A stretch of DNA of 64,000 nt from Laetmonice hystrix (lineage: Eukaryota): contig OZ249440.1 of assembly GCA_965235115.1 (NCBI GenBank), forward strand, positions 34,784,001 to 34,848,000, given 5' to 3'. Under the pieces are notes generated by a model. It was not told the origin of the DNA, ran no database searches, and worked only from the letters and a program-made list of their open reading frames with translations. Of the stretch, positions 1 to 10,419 are shown piece after piece (the stretch's first letter is position 1; every line of letters begins with the position of its first letter). The translations under genes were made by a program, and so were the position numbers.

Positions 1-645
1 CAAGAGCAAGATCATGTTTTCATGTGTAATGCAGACGCAGACGTTGTGAGGCATATCTTGAGCCAGTAGGACTTCTTTTGGGCGCAGTGAACAAAAAGTG
101 GATCTTCCAATGTTGCATTCCGGATTATCAAGTTTAAATAGAGCAAATGCTTCATCAAGAGTCATCATAAGATGGCGTTTCTGTTTATGTACTCTTGTCC
201 CATTTTCCTTGATTGAAATGGTATCCGCTTTCCCAGGGCTTACGCATGAGACATCATCTCTGTTGTAAAACAGTTCAACCTTTTCCAGTGTGTCATCAGA
301 AATTCTTGTTCGCTCAATTCTTTTTTCTTCTGTGTTTATAGACCCCAACACTTTAGCTGCCACATGTGCTACGACAGCTTTTTTCTTGCGAGGACTTTTT
401 GGCAAGGATTTTTCAACCCATCGGGATGCCTTTCCCAGAGAAGCGGGCGATTTGTATGCCCTTTTATTAGCCTCATCATGATCGGTTTGAGTGGCACCTT
501 TGCTAGTTGGCCTATTCCCCTTTCGCAGCCGCCACAAGCGCGTTTGGAGCTTGGTACACCTCCGTAACTTTGTAAGTTGCAGCATGGGGTCAGCAGCCAC
601 TCGTGCCCTCCTGTCCCTCTGCCTTTCCGCTGGAGTTTTCCCCAT
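1..645 (-). CDS. Sola2-like DNA transposase, N-terminal part (frame runs off the window edge; absent from the ORF track)
   Basis: Manual translation is open for 215 codons from ATG at 645: MGKTPAERQR...YKSPASLGKA...LPKSPRK...FYNRDDVSCVSPGKADTI...KQKRHLMMTLDEAFALFK...RSTFCSLRP...HNVCVCITHEN. Colinear with ORF 50910-51545. Confidence 0.75.
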   Translation of the reverse strand, partial: MGKTPAERQRDRRARVAADPMLQLTKLRRCTKLQTRLWRLRKGNRPTSKGATQTDHDEANKRAYKSPASLGKASRWVEKSLPKSPRKKKAVVAHVAAKVLGSINTEEKRIERTRISDDTLEKVELFYNRDDVSCVSPGKADTISIKENGTRVHKQKRHLMMTLDEAFALFKLDNPECNIGRSTFCSLRPKEVLLAQDMPHNVCVCITHENMILLL

Positions 646-1073
646 TCTTACGACCTGAAAATTTTATAATAGCCTATAAATATTTGAGGTTATATAGGCC
701 CTACACTCTTTCACCGTTATCAGTTAACAGACTGCGAATTATAGGCCAATTAGGCTGAGACCTAAGGACATGCGCGAAGGAATAACATGCCCAGGCTATG
801 AATTTGACTCTGTCATTCTGTGATTTTGTGATTCCGTCACGGCTATTTTGTGATTTTGTGATTCCGTCACGCTTATAATTGCCTGAACTGAGGGAAACGA
901 TACAATCTCTGTGCTATAACATTATGAAGAATCGTGTTTTAGCATTAGAAAACACAAAAAACGGCATATTAATGCATAAATTTTTTAGGGAGAAAAAACT
1001 ATTTGGTAAAAATAGTGATGGAATCACCGATTTTGCATGTTAGCGATTTTAGCGAGCCGGTAGAAGTGTGCCC
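1..1073 (-). mobile_element. 5' end of a Sola2-like DNA transposon
   Basis: Putative terminus 5'-GGGCAC (revcomp, 1073); subterminal direct repeats GATTTTGTGATTCCGTCACG (~821-871); transposase downstream. Confidence 0.6.
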
Positions 1074-1739
1074 TACATTCTCAGTCATGCCCACGAACTA
1101 CGTTATTCATAACTTGCAATCTTCATTTCTATGTATACTACAGTTACTCCTCTTTCCAACGGTACTATGGATAATATACGTACCTTCACTCTGAGCTGGA
1201 TGTGAGGGGATTTTAAAATGGGTCAAACGGCGGGCTAACACAGCTGAGTTGACCTCGCTGCGATGAGGACGTTACGTCATTAACGTCCTGCAGTCCGCAG
1301 CAAATTATTAATACTTGTGACGTAATAAACATTATAATGCACAAGAAAAGTAAATACCAGGATACTTTTTTTTTTTTTTTAATCCATGTTTCTTTATTAC
1401 AGTCATATACAAAAAGAATACACTCCTTTTTTTAAATCCATCCATAGCTCTATAAACACTGTAATAAATAGGCTGCTTTTCAGCTTAGCGCTGGTTTTCG
1501 GCGGCAACCTTTTTTAGCCCATATATTTAAAACCCGTTCTCGTCTTCTAGTTCACATTGGTGCAAAAAACTCTTACATCTTATAACCTAAACAAGCACAA
1601 CTACAACAACAAAAATTTAACAAAGAATTTTAACAAAATATTTAACAAAATTTGACAAAGATGTAACAAAAAAACAAGAAAACAACACAGAACCAAAACT
1701 TCAACAATTTAGGCACAATTTACCTTACTGGTCTCTCTT

Positions 1740-4596
1740 TTAAATAAAATCTGCTATTGGAATAGTTGACCGGAGTTCATTCTTTATTAAATATTTAAAG
1801 TCTTTTATGGATGTCAGAAGTCTAAGAGTGATATCATTGTTCCAAATTTTACCTGTTGAGTATTCAACACTTCTTTGATAAGCTGCTGTGTGAGGTGTGA
1901 AAATTTTCAATATTGGCCCTTCCCGGTTTCTAGTTCGGCTATGTTGTTTGTCAATATACTTTTCGTTTTGGGCTCTCTTGAAAGCCAATATCTTCTGGTG
2001 CGCCTCTCTTCTATTATAAAGGAATGGTACACCTGCTAAAGCATGGATCTCTTGTGTTGATGTTCGCATGTTCACTTTCAGGCATATCTTTAAGCAGCGA
2101 TTTTGGGCTTTTTGTAATTTATTTAATAGCCTCGTGTTTGAATTTGCGTATAGTACATCACCATAATCTATGATAGGTAATATGTATGACTTATACAATT
2201 TAAGTAGTGCATCAGTTCGCACATAGCTTGATACTTTAGAAAGTTGATATGTCCTATATGATATTGTCCCTTGATTCTTAATAAATGATTCAAAATTCAC
2301 TAGTGGGTCTAACGTTACACCCAAATATTTATAACTCATAACATTATGCAACACTTCGTCACCTAATTTCACGTTGACCTCTTTTAGCATAGTCTTATTC
2401 GAACTAAATAACATACACTTTGTCTTGGCTACATTTAAGGTTAATTTGTTCTTGGCGCACCACCAAGCAAAGCTATTCAGATCTCGTTGTAAATCCTCAA
2501 CCATCAGTTTCACGTTGTTGCCTGAGACATATAAAATTGTGTCATCAGCGTAAATTCTTATTTTGGCATTGATTGATACAGGACTTTTCCATGTCATTGA
2601 CATAAATCAAAAACATTAGCGGTCCTAAAATTGATCCTTGCGGTACTCCACATGTTGTATTTTTAACTGACGACATCATCCCATTTGCTAACGTTCTCTG
2701 CTTTCTATTGTTCAAATAATTCTTTAACCATTTCAACACCCTTCCTCTTATTCCATATTTGTATAACTTTTCAACCAAAATTTCGTGATTTACCGTGTCA
2801 AAAGCTTTCTTTAAATCAATAAAAACAGCTAGAGTAATTTTGCCTACATTTCGTTCTCTCAGTATATCGTCAGTTAAATCAGCTACAGTCTGCATAGTTG
2901 AAAACCCCTTTCTGTACCCCCCTGATTGCTGGTTAGAATATTGTGTTCCTCAAGGTGTGCCGATATCCGTTTATGGATAATTCTTTCGAGTATTTTCCCT
3001 GGGAGTTGTAGAAGTGAGACGGGTCTGAGGTTTGAGACATTGCCAGGATCTCCCCCCTTATGCAGGGGTATGACAGTACCGATTTTCCATTTACTTGGTA
3101 CAATGCCGTTTTTCAACGAAGAGTTAAACACGTGCACTATTTGATCAGTGATCGCAAGGAACATGTCCCGAACCACCCGTGTCGCAATACCATCAATACC
3201 CGACGATTTACTCAGATCTATCTGTTTACTAAGGCTCGATACTTCTAGTAGGTTTGTTTCAAAAAGTCCAATATTCACATTGCATGCATTTCCATCAAAA
3301 GACCATTCCTCATTGAATTGTTTTGCTAATGTACTACCAATCCCTGCGAAGTACTCGTTGACATAATCTGCTACTTTGGTATGCTCTATCGGTATGTTTG
3401 TGATCTGGTCCGTAAGCATTATATCGGACCTATCTTTGGACTTCCCAGGTAGAACTTTGTTAATCTCTTTCCAGAACATTCTCTGATTATCCTGATTTCC
3501 TTCAATCAATTCCATAATATAGTTTTGTCTCATTCTCCGCGCCAGTTTTGTTGTTTCATTCCTGGCCTGCCTGGCTTTTGCTTTATCCTCTTGTTTTCCC
3601 GTCCTTTTTGCTTTTGCTGAAAGACTATCCTTATCTTTTATTATTTCTAATAATTCGTTAGAAACCCATGGCTCCCTTCGCTCTTTCACTCTATATTCCT
3701 TAAAGGGACACATTTCGTCCAATACTCCTCGTGTAACATTCTCAATTTCGTCCCATAATAGTTCAACGTCATCCATAGCATAAAACTGAGTCCAGTCGTG
3801 ATCTCGGATATGACGTTTTAGTTTGTCGGTATCATAACTCTTGTATGTCCTGCCCCTAAATGTGATCTTTCTGGAACTCTCTGTTGTTTTGTTCCTGGTA
3901 ACGTAAACTAACTCGTGATCACTTATATTAACAGAGTACCCCTGCACTAACAATGTTGTTCGAGTTACTAAAAATTAGATCAATACACGAGTTCTTATTA
4001 CCATATCTAGTAGGGTTTCCTATCCAAGATTTTAAACCATGATCTTGAGATATCTTTAGCAACTCCTTACTAGCTGTGCTTTTTGCTAACATGTCAATGT
4101 TCATGTCTCCCAACAGGAAAATATCGGTCTTACTCATGCATGCCAATGCGTCCAGTACACTAGCCACTTTTTCAAAAAAGTTGTTAATATTGTCCGAGGG
4201 TGGCCTATACACATTCAGCAATATGAATTTCTTCGTTTTAGCCGGCCTGAACAATACGCATTGCAATTCGATATCCTCCGTAGACGTGTTTAAATGCTCA
4301 ACGTCATGTACAGAGAAGGGTAATTTGTCATTAATGTACATGCAGAGACCCCCGCCTCTCTTAGTCACCCCTGCCCGGTTTCTATCATGCCTGACAAGCT
4401 TATAACCCGCTAGGCTAAAACTCTGATCCGCATCTCTGCTATCTAACCATGTTTCAGACATTGTAATAACGTCCAAGTTCTTATCCGTGAACTCAACGCG
4501 CATTTGATCATATTTTTTTTGTATGCTTCTCATATTAATATGAACGATATGACATCCTCTGCAGTGTTTCAAATCATCCAAATACTCCACTGCCAT
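1740..4596 (-). pseudogene. LINE ORF2 (APE endonuclease + reverse transcriptase), three frameshifts
   Basis: ORFs 3928-4596, 2883-3953, 2545-2895 and 1740-2603 carry HINMRS, SETWL, GGGLCMY, YRPP, GDMNID, IDLIF, SDHEL, KSSGIDG, FIDLKKAFDTV, GVPQGSILGP, YADDT and YKYLGV. No RNase H. Confidence 0.95.
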
Positions 4597-5379
4597 TCCT
4601 AATCTCTGTTATCTTACGAGTTACATGTATAATACCAGTAATACAACTTGTGCCATTTATACAAACAATAATTTCAAATAACTGAACAAATAACTGAACA
4701 ACTATATGATCAAATAAATGATCAAATAGGGGTGTCCATGCTGCCTTGGTTACGGCTCTGCAGGCCACCAAGGTAGCTACCTCCAACTTATAATACATAA
4801 CTTATGCTACTGCTTGCTTACCTTTTCACGGTCCAATATACAGTTCATCATCACTGTAACTACCACAAACAATAATATAAATAAGGTCATCAGATCTATG
4901 AATCCAATTGCGATATAGATTATGAAAGCCTACATTCATCTATATATCAAACAACGATCCGATCACAAAACCAACCAAACAACCGAAAAATATACCGTTT
5001 ATAAATTCATCCTCAATGTAGATCGAATTTCTAAACACCACAAGATTCATCCTCGCCAGAGATCAAATCACTATAGAATATATGATATGCAATATACAGA
5101 TGCAGGGCCTACCGGATTCATCTGCTCTTATAGATCGAATAACGATACACAATTAAATCTAATCTTAACTATATACCATCTATCAGGTTATCCTATATGC
5201 AAATATATAGGTTCATGATTTCCACTATATCCAATTTCATATAACATATATAGGTTCATTACCTCCAGAGATCAAATCACAATACATGTGTATATGCAAT
5301 ATATATGTTCATCGTCTCTTGTCTCTCGAATTACAATATACAATGTACATATAATCTCTTCAATTTTATGGATTCTATG

Positions 5380-5664
5380 CAATCTAATTAAAATTAGGTC
5401 TTAGTTATTTCGCATGCGCTCCATACTAGGATCTAACGGCATCCCGTATGGGGTCACCTCAGGCTGCCCTTTGACCCAGATTCAAGTGTGCCGTTGAAAA
5501 TGCCTACGAACGCACACCGAAGATTTCGTAGGCGACTCGCTGAATCCCGAGGTCAACCTGAGGTGACCCCTAATGGGATGTCCTTAGATCCAGGTATGGA
5601 GCGCGGCAGCACTGAAACAGCCGAAAGAGACGCGGAATACCAAGATCTAATTTTAATTAGATTG
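5380..5664. mobile_element. Hairpin MITE with 10-bp target-site duplication
   Basis: TIR CAATCTAATTAAAATTAG at both ends; GGATTCTATG directly repeated at 5370-5379 and 5665-5674; internal inverted arms. Confidence 0.8.
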
Positions 5665-5778
5665 GGATTCTATGCAAATATATAGGTTCATCATCTCTAA
5701 TAGATCGAATTACATAACATACATAGGTTTATCACCTCCAGAGATCAACTCACACTACATATATATACATGTATATAT

Positions 5779-6626
5779 ATCGGGTGGATAAAAAAAAACG
5801 CCCGGAACTTTAAACATTAATATTTCAAAAACTATGCATTATAATTCAATAAGATTTCTCTTCATGATATTATCTCTGGTATGTTAAAGTTTCAGCTCAA
5901 TACTTTGATATTACTCCCGTGGCGCTAAAAACAAAAATCGGTGTCTAAAAACGCAATGCCGGAATTAGGTCAAATATCATGCAGCTGCCAGGTGTCCGAT
6001 TTGACACCTGGGGATGCACCGCATTGTGCCTTGTGTAAAAAAAATATCAGTATTTAGTTTTTGCATGTTCTACAATATGTATAATGTTGTGGACCACTAG
6101 ATGTAATAAAATATGTGCTATTTCTAGTACTTTTAGAGAAAAACAGATGTTTAATGTGCCAAACCCTACACAAAAACTGCAACATTAGGACGATTATGAC
6201 TGTAACGAGAAGTTCAAGGGAAATCGTATAATTATCACGTTTAGCAACACATTCAGAACGTTGCATATTTCCCAATGTTGGGAAGATATTTCCCTATCAG
6301 AGATCAGGAAGTGCATTGGCTCATGTAAAAAGAGACTAAGAGTAGTATGAAGTGAAAACGGGGGACCGATTGACCACCTATACTCTAGTGTGAGGCCAGG
6401 GACTCTGGGTGTGACTACAACTCGCTTTAGGCCGGCATTGCACTTTTGTACAATAATTTTTGTTTTTAGCCCCACGGAAATATTATCCAAGCTATTGAGT
6501 TGTAACATTAACAACTAAGAGACAACATCATGAAGTGATATTACGAAAAATTTCATTGAATTACAATCATTACTTTTTGAGATATTAAAGTTTAAAGTTT
6601 GGGGCGTTTTTTTTTATCCACCCGAT
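5779..6626 (+). mobile_element. Non-autonomous Tc1/mariner deletion derivative
   Basis: Long TIRs (CGGGTGGATAAAAAAAAACGCCC...) in a TA context; internal transposase C-terminus WEDISLSEIRKCIGSCKKRLRVV*SENGGPIDHL at ~6279-6380. Confidence 0.8.
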
Positions 6627-6702
6627 ATAATTATGTTTACCGTCTCTCTTCTATCAAATTTCCGATATACCATATATCATGTCATCAATTCTCTGGATCG
6701 AT

Positions 6703-8541
6703 TCAGGATTGACCCCCGAGTGCATTATCACAATACTCTGCTAATATATTACCGAGGTGATTATGACCAGGCTTTGATTCCTGGTTCACGTTCCGCATCT
6801 GGTCTAAATAATGCCCGCATCCCCAGAAGGGGTCTCAAGTCGCCTCGTAAATGTGTCCCTTCGTGTTTAAAGGGAGTCGTAAAATTCATTTTTTCGATTT
6901 ATGTCAGTCTTAGAAACATTATGATTCGCATACCTTGGACTCCCAGTAACATCATGTGAGACTGTTATGGCCCAGCGACCAGTATTTAGTAAGGAAAATA
7001 TGCCAAATCTCTCGCAAATACGTAGCTCAGAATTAGCGAGCGGCCCACAGGATATTTGAGTTGGCCGCGGTCGGGCGATGATGACGCGTGATCACGTGAC
7101 TTCCGGGTGTACATGCAGTATTTAGGTCAATGCTAGACTAGAGGGAGATTCCCTTCCACACCCGGAAGTCACGTGATCACGCGTCATCATCGCCCGACCG
7201 CAGCCAACTCAAATATCCTGTGGGCCGCTTGCTAATTCTGAGCTACGTATTTGCGAGAGATTTGGCATATTTTCCTTACTAAATACTGGTCGCTGGGCCA
7301 TAACAGTCTCACATGATGTTACTGGGAGTCCAAGGTATGCGAATCATTATGTTTCTAAGACTGCCATAAATCGAAAAAATGAATTTTACGACTACCTTTA
7401 ACAGTCTACCTCTGATTGCAGCATTTTGGTCGAACTTGAGTGTGACCACCATTCGCATAACATCAACACGCCTCTGCCCCCATTCCTGGTTCCCCTTGAC
7501 CTTCCTCGACTCTCGCTTTATTTGGTACGGGTCAGTCATGCGTGACAGCCTGACTGCCATCTGACGATCGCCACACACTTGTGCACGGATTGATTGGAAA
7601 AGACTCTCCGCCGAGCTATACGTCTTTCCCTCATGTTGGATTTTTGATTGGTAAAGATTTGATAAATACGCGTGCTCGCTCTGGAAAGCTATACCATCTT
7701 TCGTTCCGACAATTTTAATGTCCTCCAGTTTCATACCGGCGGGAAGTTTATCCAATGAGTCGTATCCATAGCGTACCCTGTCCAGAACCAACGCCATACC
7801 ACTTTGTTTGCATGCGTGCCCATTTACCTTGCAATGCCTAACCACAGCACGAAGATCACGATATTTTCTTTGGTTTATTGGAGAAAGATCGTCATTGATG
7901 TGTATCCCTCCCCATTTCTGGTTGTTCCTTAGTTTACTTATGTTCCTGAAGATAGACTGCTTCTGTTGTAAGGTAACAAACCGAACAATGACGGGCCTGA
8001 CACGCGTGTGTTGGGAATCAATGTTTTTGTTACCTATGCGGTAACATCCCTCAGTGTCTGTTGTTGTGTACCCGGCCCCCAGGTCCGTGAAAAGCCCATC
8101 AATAATTGCACTCACATTCTCATCTTTCTTCTCTTGCAATCCCGTTATGATAATATTCTTTCTCCGTTTATCTGTCTCAAGAACTTCCATCCTAGTTTGC
8201 AGAGAATCGATCGTGGCCTGTTGGTCACTCACAATCTCCGTCAAGTGATCAATCTGTTTTGACATTTCTGTGTGATTCTCTGTAAACCCGCTCACTTTTC
8301 CCGGCAAATCTGCAATATCTTTAGCCAGGTTAACGCCTTGCTTCAAACTTTCTTTGCTTGATTTCTCAAGTCCGTCAAGCCTTGCCAGTATTTCTGCTAC
8401 TTGGGCCTCCATTGTCTGCTTGCCAGAGTCACCACGTTGTGCTGCGCTTTCCTTGCCCTTGCCCCTGGGAGACTTGTCCGCCATAACACCGCTCACCTGT
8501 GCACCGTCTGCCGTTGTGGATCTAGTTTTCCTGCCACTCAT
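6703..8541 (-). pseudogene. LINE ORF1 (coiled coil + RRM/L1-ORF1-like region) fused to a C-terminal NADAR domain; interrupted by a MITE and one TGA
   Basis: ORF1 motifs RRKNIIITGLQE, YRIG, RPVIVRF, IHINDDLS. Removing 6871-7401 restores the frame (436 codons): ...LSNLY...SAESLFQ...KFDQN...LLNTKGHIYEAT*DPFWGCG...GHNHLGNILAEY... Confidence 0.85.
6871..7397. mobile_element. Palindromic TTAA MITE (Kolobok-like), copy 1
   Basis: TTAA at 6867-6870 and 7398-7401; termini AGG(G/T)AGTCGT; ~240-bp inverted arms with ~47-bp spacer; near-identical to 17993-18519. Confidence 0.9.
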
Positions 8542-9134
8542 GGTTGCGACCCACCTATCATAGTTTGTTGTGGTAATCCGTGGTCTCTAGCTTTTACATC
8601 ACTCTCTGTCCTCCTTTACATTGGCGTGATAATCCCTGTTTCCTCCTAGTTCCAGAAATTGTTGCAAGCGTTTTTCGCACCTGAGCTCGCTAGTCGGCCA
8701 TATTGCTTTCAGATGAGATGATATATACAAATATTGTGCATAAACAGTGCAAGGTTCAAGACTCATGTGCAAACCATGAATATTGAAGGACACCCGCAAA
8801 GGGTAGGGCAGGAAAAGTCCCCGACCCATATTGTGGGATGGAGGTAAATAGGGGGGGGGGTAAGTTATTGATACCAGGGGCTCCATACGCCGTGTGGGTT
8901 CAGTAGTTTGATATACACATTAACATATAATGTATACAACGATTGGCGCGCATATATACATATAAACATCCATGCATATACACATCCACATACACACGTG
9001 CATAAATATAACGTAAATATGATTATAAACATCATATGTCACCATGGTGGTAACAGGCGGGGATATACATACATCAGGCACATTAGCATTTTTGTTCTGC
9101 CCTGAGCAGAAAGTTTTACCAGATCACCCGGACT

Positions 9135-9422
9135 TTATTCTTGAAGGCCGCATACAGGTTTCATAGAACGTGCCGGTGATGTATTGATGTTATTAACTCC
9201 AGCGGCGATGAAGATATAGTCGACAGTGCGGTTTGTCAGGTCTTGACAGATGATGTCAGAGAGCCTCACAATGTTCACGCCAGGTATGCAGTGCCAAAAT
9301 GCCCGGTAAGGAGTAGTGTTGGTATCAGGGATGATCTCGTCGAATAAATGATCCATCCCACGAAGCCTGGAATCGCCATAAATGTGGACTTCCAAAGAGT
9401 GAGACTTGCGTGTATCCGACAT
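9135..9422 (-). pseudogene. SGNH/GDSL esterase-like ORF, C-terminally truncated
   Basis: IYGDSRLRG (block I), CIPG (block II), IFIAAGVNNI (block III); then runs into a segment shared with 28213-28312. Confidence 0.75.
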
Positions 9423-9469
9423 GATGACCGGTGGACAGGATTATGTATACTCACTAAACTACAGGTAAG

Positions 9470-10325
9470 CTACCTAAGTTCGTTACGCAGGTCAGTGAGG
9501 AGTGCACCCATGCGGTTCAGGCCGGGATAGGAATTAGTCATACGAAGGGTGGTTGGCCATTCACCGCCGCCTCAGTAGGCGTCAGGAGTGGCCTCAACTA
9601 GGTTAAGTGGCTTGGTGGCGATCAGCTGTTTGAGGAGGTTGGGATTTTGAACAAACTTTAACTTTATGCACAGCTTTAATTTAGACTCACAGACATTGGC
9701 CCATGCGCGGTCGTCCGAAACATTGATACCTTTTCCAAGTTGTTTAATCTGGAAAGGGTGGTCGGTTCTCATGATCAGTTTGGCAGATGTGTAGTCTTGT
9801 CCGAAGCAGGCCTTAGAGTACTGGTACATTTGCTCTGAGGATGTGAATTGAATTGGGATGCCCTTGTCATCAACGAGATCTGGGGTAGATATGGTGCATG
9901 GGTGGAAATTACTGAGGGGGGCGTCGGGTCCTGCGAAGAGGTAGCTATCATCCGTAACACGAACGCCCCTAGTAGGCTTATCTGAGTTGTTCCTGGGAGG
10001 TAATGTGGAGTGGGATTCCCTTTGTCCGTGCCCTGTATTCCTGTCTTTAGGCCAAGAAATTTTACAAAGCTGAGAAGGCACCAAAGGTAGTTTTTAATTG
10101 TTTTCACCGATCCTTTTTTGTCCTCCACAGCTTTTTTTTGGCCTGTGCCAACGACTTGTTTTCATCTTCCATAAATGCCACAATATCTGCAATGGGCGCA
10201 TTTACATTTTCTGCTATTTTTTGCAAGATATTGAGTTGGTAACGGGCCTGGGACATTGCATAGCCTTTCACAACGTGTGTCCATTCCTGGAACTTATTTA
10301 ACAGCTGCAAAGTAAGGTCATACAA
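9470..10325 (-). pseudogene. Second NADAR-domain ORF with a degraded helical N-terminus
   Basis: LSNFHP...SSEQMYQYSKA...HPFQIKQLGK...W...KFVQNPNLLKQLIATKPLNLVEATPDAY*; read-through of the TGA at 9572 gives GGG...YPGLNRMGALLTDLRNELR* (stop 9470). Upstream frameshifted pieces at 10104-10325 and 9775-10128. Confidence 0.85.
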
Positions 10326-10419
10326 TCAGTTATCATATCAGTAATCATATTAATTTTGCTAATGTGACACAATCATAGGAAACTGATATTGACTGGTCAC
10401 AATGTGTACCCTGTTAAGG

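Larger units (their letters stand above)
1366..8541 (-). mobile_element. CR1-group non-LTR retrotransposon (ORF1-NADAR + APE/RT ORF2), decayed; 5' boundary not defined
   Basis: Minus-strand order is ORF1 (8541-6703), spacer, ORF2 (4596-1740), 3' UTR, AATAAA (~1393-1398) and poly(A) (T run 1366-1380). No TSD identified. Confidence 0.75.

Noticed and set aside
6633..7400. Two opposite-strand ORFs ending in the same peptide (VVKFIFSIY.SLRNIMIRIPWTPSNIM)
   Set aside because: Both read into the arms of the palindromic MITE; not a real shared domain.
6835..9574. In-frame TGAs in both NADARs as selenocysteine or programmed readthrough
   Set aside because: They fit single substitutions (CGA>TGA, TGG>TGA) in elements that carry other lesions; the positions are not homologous.
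9470..10084. Bacterial contamination or a riboflavin operon as the source of the YbiA-like ORFs
   Set aside because: No prokaryotic neighbours; both NADARs are decayed and embedded among animal TEs, and one is fused to a LINE ORF1.
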